Assembly: GCA_016839605.1 (NCBI GenBank)
Contig: JAEOTX010000211.1
Span: 1 to 28,588 of the forward strand
DNA length: 28,588 nt
Direction: 5' to 3'
Source of the DNA: Candidatus Thorarchaeota archaeon
GTDB lineage: Archaea; Asgardarchaeota; Thorarchaeia; Thorarchaeales; Thorarchaeaceae
Shown: piece by piece, positions 26,654 through 28,588 of the stretch
How the letters are laid out: each line of letters begins with the position of its first letter
Numbering within the stretch: position 1 is the first letter of the stretch
Notes under the pieces: model-generated
Told to the model about the DNA's origin: nothing
The model's database searches: none
Seen by the model: the letters and a program-made list of their open reading frames with translations, nothing else
Made by a program: the position numbers and the translations under genes

Positions 26654-27124
26654 TTACGCTCCATCTCTACCAGAGGCGCCTGAATCCATTATTGCTCTCC
26701 CTTCTCTTAGTGCACAATCTCTGTGTGTAGCACGTTCTGCTGGAATTAGCTTATATCCAACATGTGCTGTCACTCTTGACTCAAGGTTTATCGACACCAC
26801 AAGACCGCATGACGTTAGGTAAAGTCCTGACTCAGGTTCCTTCTTCCATGGTTTGCCAGAGTGTATCGGCCCACCATCTTTGATGAGAAACGGTATGCTC
26901 TCCTTAAATCTCTTTAAAAGAATCACTCCAATACTGATCGCACAGATATCTAGAATCATGAATAATGGTAATATTGCGATATCTTGGTAATATTGGGATG
27001 GCAGGGGTCCATATTCACCAGTGTACGTGATTGCAAAGTAAACGCCATAGCTCATTAGGACGAAAATTGGAATCCCTATGATAACTAATACTTTCCCAAT
27101 TAAACGAAGAAGGCGCTTCCTCAT
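26654..27124 (-). CDS. 2-TM membrane protein with C-terminal His/Cys domain (paralog A)
   Basis: MRKRLL followed by two TM helices and FLIKDGGPIHSG...LTSCG...HVGYK...HRDCALREG. Confidence 0.8.
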   Translation of the reverse strand: MRKRLLRLIGKVLVIIGIPIFVLMSYGVYFAITYTGEYGPLPSQYYQDIAILPLFMILDICAISIGVILLKRFKESIPFLIKDGGPIHSGKPWKKEPESGLYLTSCGLVVSINLESRVTAHVGYKLIPAERATHRDCALREGRAIMDSGASGRDGA

Positions 27125-27226
27125 ATAACCATCTCTCTGGTGTCTTTTACCCAAATAACAGTTTTATGTCTTTATCAAAAAACTAGGTTCTCGTTTTTCG
27201 AAACCATTCCATTTGGCAGTTTGTTC

Positions 27227-27277
27227 TGCATCCAGAAGGTCGCGAGTTCAAATCTCGCTCGGTCCACCATCATCTTT
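27227..27277 (+). repeat. att-like direct repeat of the tRNA-Ala 3' half
   Basis: 51 nt identical to 26538-26588, starting at the anticodon TGC and running through CCA + TCATCTTT. Looser similarity continues downstream. Confidence 0.95.
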
Positions 27278-27342
27278 AATTTATGCATAATATTGAACAG
27301 GTTTTCAAACTCGTCATTAGATCTTTCATATTAGAGGACTGA

Positions 27343-27774
27343 TTACGGTCCATCTCTAGTATACCTAACTGATTCCAATATCTCTCTCCCTTCTCTTAGG
27401 GCGCAATCTCTGCATGTTGTACGTTCTACTGTGACAATCTTATAGCCAATATGCGATGTTGCATTTGATTCTTGGTTAATCGACAACACAATTCCGCATG
27501 AGGTAAGGAATACTCCTGATTCAGAACTTCTTTTCCAAGTTTCACCTGAGTGTATCGGCCCACCATCTTTGGTCAGAAACGGATTCTGCTCACTGAATTT
27601 TCTTCGAATTATCATTCCACTAAAAGTCAAAATCAATCCAAAGGGAAGGAATCCAAGGATGACTGCTGTACGGAGGTCAAAGTAGAATCCGGAAAGCGTG
27701 ATTGGGTGAATTAACCAATAAGTGCCAATAGTCACGTTGGTTAGAAGCATTGTCATACCCACTAGTACGACCAT
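27343..27774 (-). CDS. 2-TM membrane protein with C-terminal His/Cys domain (paralog B)
   Basis: FLTKDGGPIHSG...LTSCG...HIGYK...CRDCALREG. The frame is open upstream to a CTG at 27807. Confidence 0.8.
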   Translation of the reverse strand: MVVLVGMTMLLTNVTIGTYWLIHPITLSGFYFDLRTAVILGFLPFGLILTFSGMIIRRKFSEQNPFLTKDGGPIHSGETWKRSSESGVFLTSCGIVLSINQESNATSHIGYKIVTVERTTCRDCALREGREILESVRYTRDGP

Positions 27775-27892
27775 GCTTCCATAATCACGATATTTACGCT
27801 CCTTCAGTTAGTAAACTCTCCTCAATATATAATGAGGATGATACCGCTTTATGTTTTCGCCAAATCAAACCCTTGTAATCTAAATACGCACA

Positions 27893-28588
27893 TTAGCCCT
27901 TGCTGTTTCTCTGTAGTTTCTTTCTAACAGCATCATCAAAATAAACAATAGGAATATCTTGAGCCATCTCTTTCATGTCGTCCAGTATCTCCATGTCCAG
28001 CTCATATTCAGCGGCAAACTCCTTCGCGAAGGAACCATCCTGAATCTCCTTGAGGGATGTCTGCATAGCTTCGCGAAGCTCCGGATTTGCATACCGCATT
28101 CCTCTGGACATACTTCCATACTGACTTGTTGGTGAGTGTAGTTCAAGTTGTTTAAGTGTCCCCATCTTAGCTATCATCTCTGCTGTGTATGCAAACTCAC
28201 CAGACATGTATAGTTCAAGAAGAACAATCTCTGGTGGATATCCAGCTTCAATGGCCACATCAACTGCGGCGATTAGAACCTGTCCAAAGGCTGGACCAAA
28301 GGCTTGCTCATTGAAAAGATCAAGCTCAGCTTCCTGTCGGAAAGTAACTTCTAATACTGCACCACCAGATTTTGTGGACCCAACTCCTTTGGCGATGGCA
28401 AGTGCTATCTCCTTGGCTTTTCCTGATGCGTCATTGTGCACTCCAATGAATGAATAGAATCCCTTGTCGTTCACAAACGATTCTCTGACACCTTTCCCAA
28501 TCATTCTCGGAGCTACGAGGATTGTATCAATGTTTCTGGGCACAGAGAGTGTTTCAAATGCAATGTTGTAACCCGATGCGAAACAAAG
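27893..28588 (-). CDS. ilvC: Ketol-acid reductoisomerase-like protein (class I, divergent clade), 5' end outside window
   Basis: Frame open to the window edge: FASGYNI...VAPRMIG...DASGKA..IA...G...E.ELDLFNEQ...ELYMSGE...HSPTSQYG...IQDGSFAKE. Confidence 0.85.
   Translation of the reverse strand, partial: LCFASGYNIAFETLSVPRNIDTILVAPRMIGKGVRESFVNDKGFYSFIGVHNDASGKAKEIALAIAKGVGSTKSGGAVLEVTFRQEAELDLFNEQAFGPAFGQVLIAAVDVAIEAGYPPEIVLLELYMSGEFAYTAEMIAKMGTLKQLELHSPTSQYGSMSRGMRYANPELREAMQTSLKEIQDGSFAKEFAAEYELDMEILDDMKEMAQDIPIVYFDDAVRKKLQRNSKG

Noticed and set aside
27227-27269. Second tRNA gene or split-tRNA half
   Set aside because: No 5' half or D-arm and no evident complementary leader for trans-splicing; the intact gene is adjacent, so an att-like repeat explains it better.
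1-28588. Selenocysteine or pyrrolysine read-through (known in some Asgard archaea)
   Set aside because: The recognised proteins appear complete at their stops; I saw no in-frame TGA/TAG at a catalytic position and no convincing SECIS.
1-28588. CRISPR array, transposase or integrase
   Set aside because: No regularly spaced repeat-spacer array and no DDE, HUH or tyrosine/serine recombinase motifs were seen.

Overview
Archaeal chromosomal segment, most likely Asgard (Thorarchaeia-like). That placement is inferred from a longin-domain protein, archaeal ZPR1, DUF2070 and a membrane-anchored M28 peptidase with Ca-binding repeats. Housekeeping blocks: a partial carbon-nitrogen hydrolase; 2-oxoacid:ferredoxin oxidoreductase delta-alpha-beta with no adjacent gamma; UbiX; DUF2070; PadR plus a heterodimeric ABC exporter; ZPR1; tRNA-Ala(UGC); a partial divergent IlvC. 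An accessory region (~4.9-12.6 kb) holds virus-like coupled micro-ORFs, an ArsR, a secreted zincin-like protein facing a PepSY-like protein and a membrane-tethered wHTH regulator, a GC3-rich CMD/AhpD gene and a gene remnant. Four observations stand out. (1) A SAMHD1/COG1078-like HD protein has lost its canonical metal and catalytic ligands. (2) Two genes downstream lies a protein of eight exactly spaced CX2C-X21-C(X2/3)H modules with a platform-like domain. (3) A longin + tandem wHTH protein resembles the NPRL2/GATOR1 architecture and precedes a multi-TM gene. (4) A 689-bp tandem unit anchored in the tRNA-Ala anticodon carries paralogous membrane proteins with variable N-termini. No database searches were run; family calls come from motif recognition.
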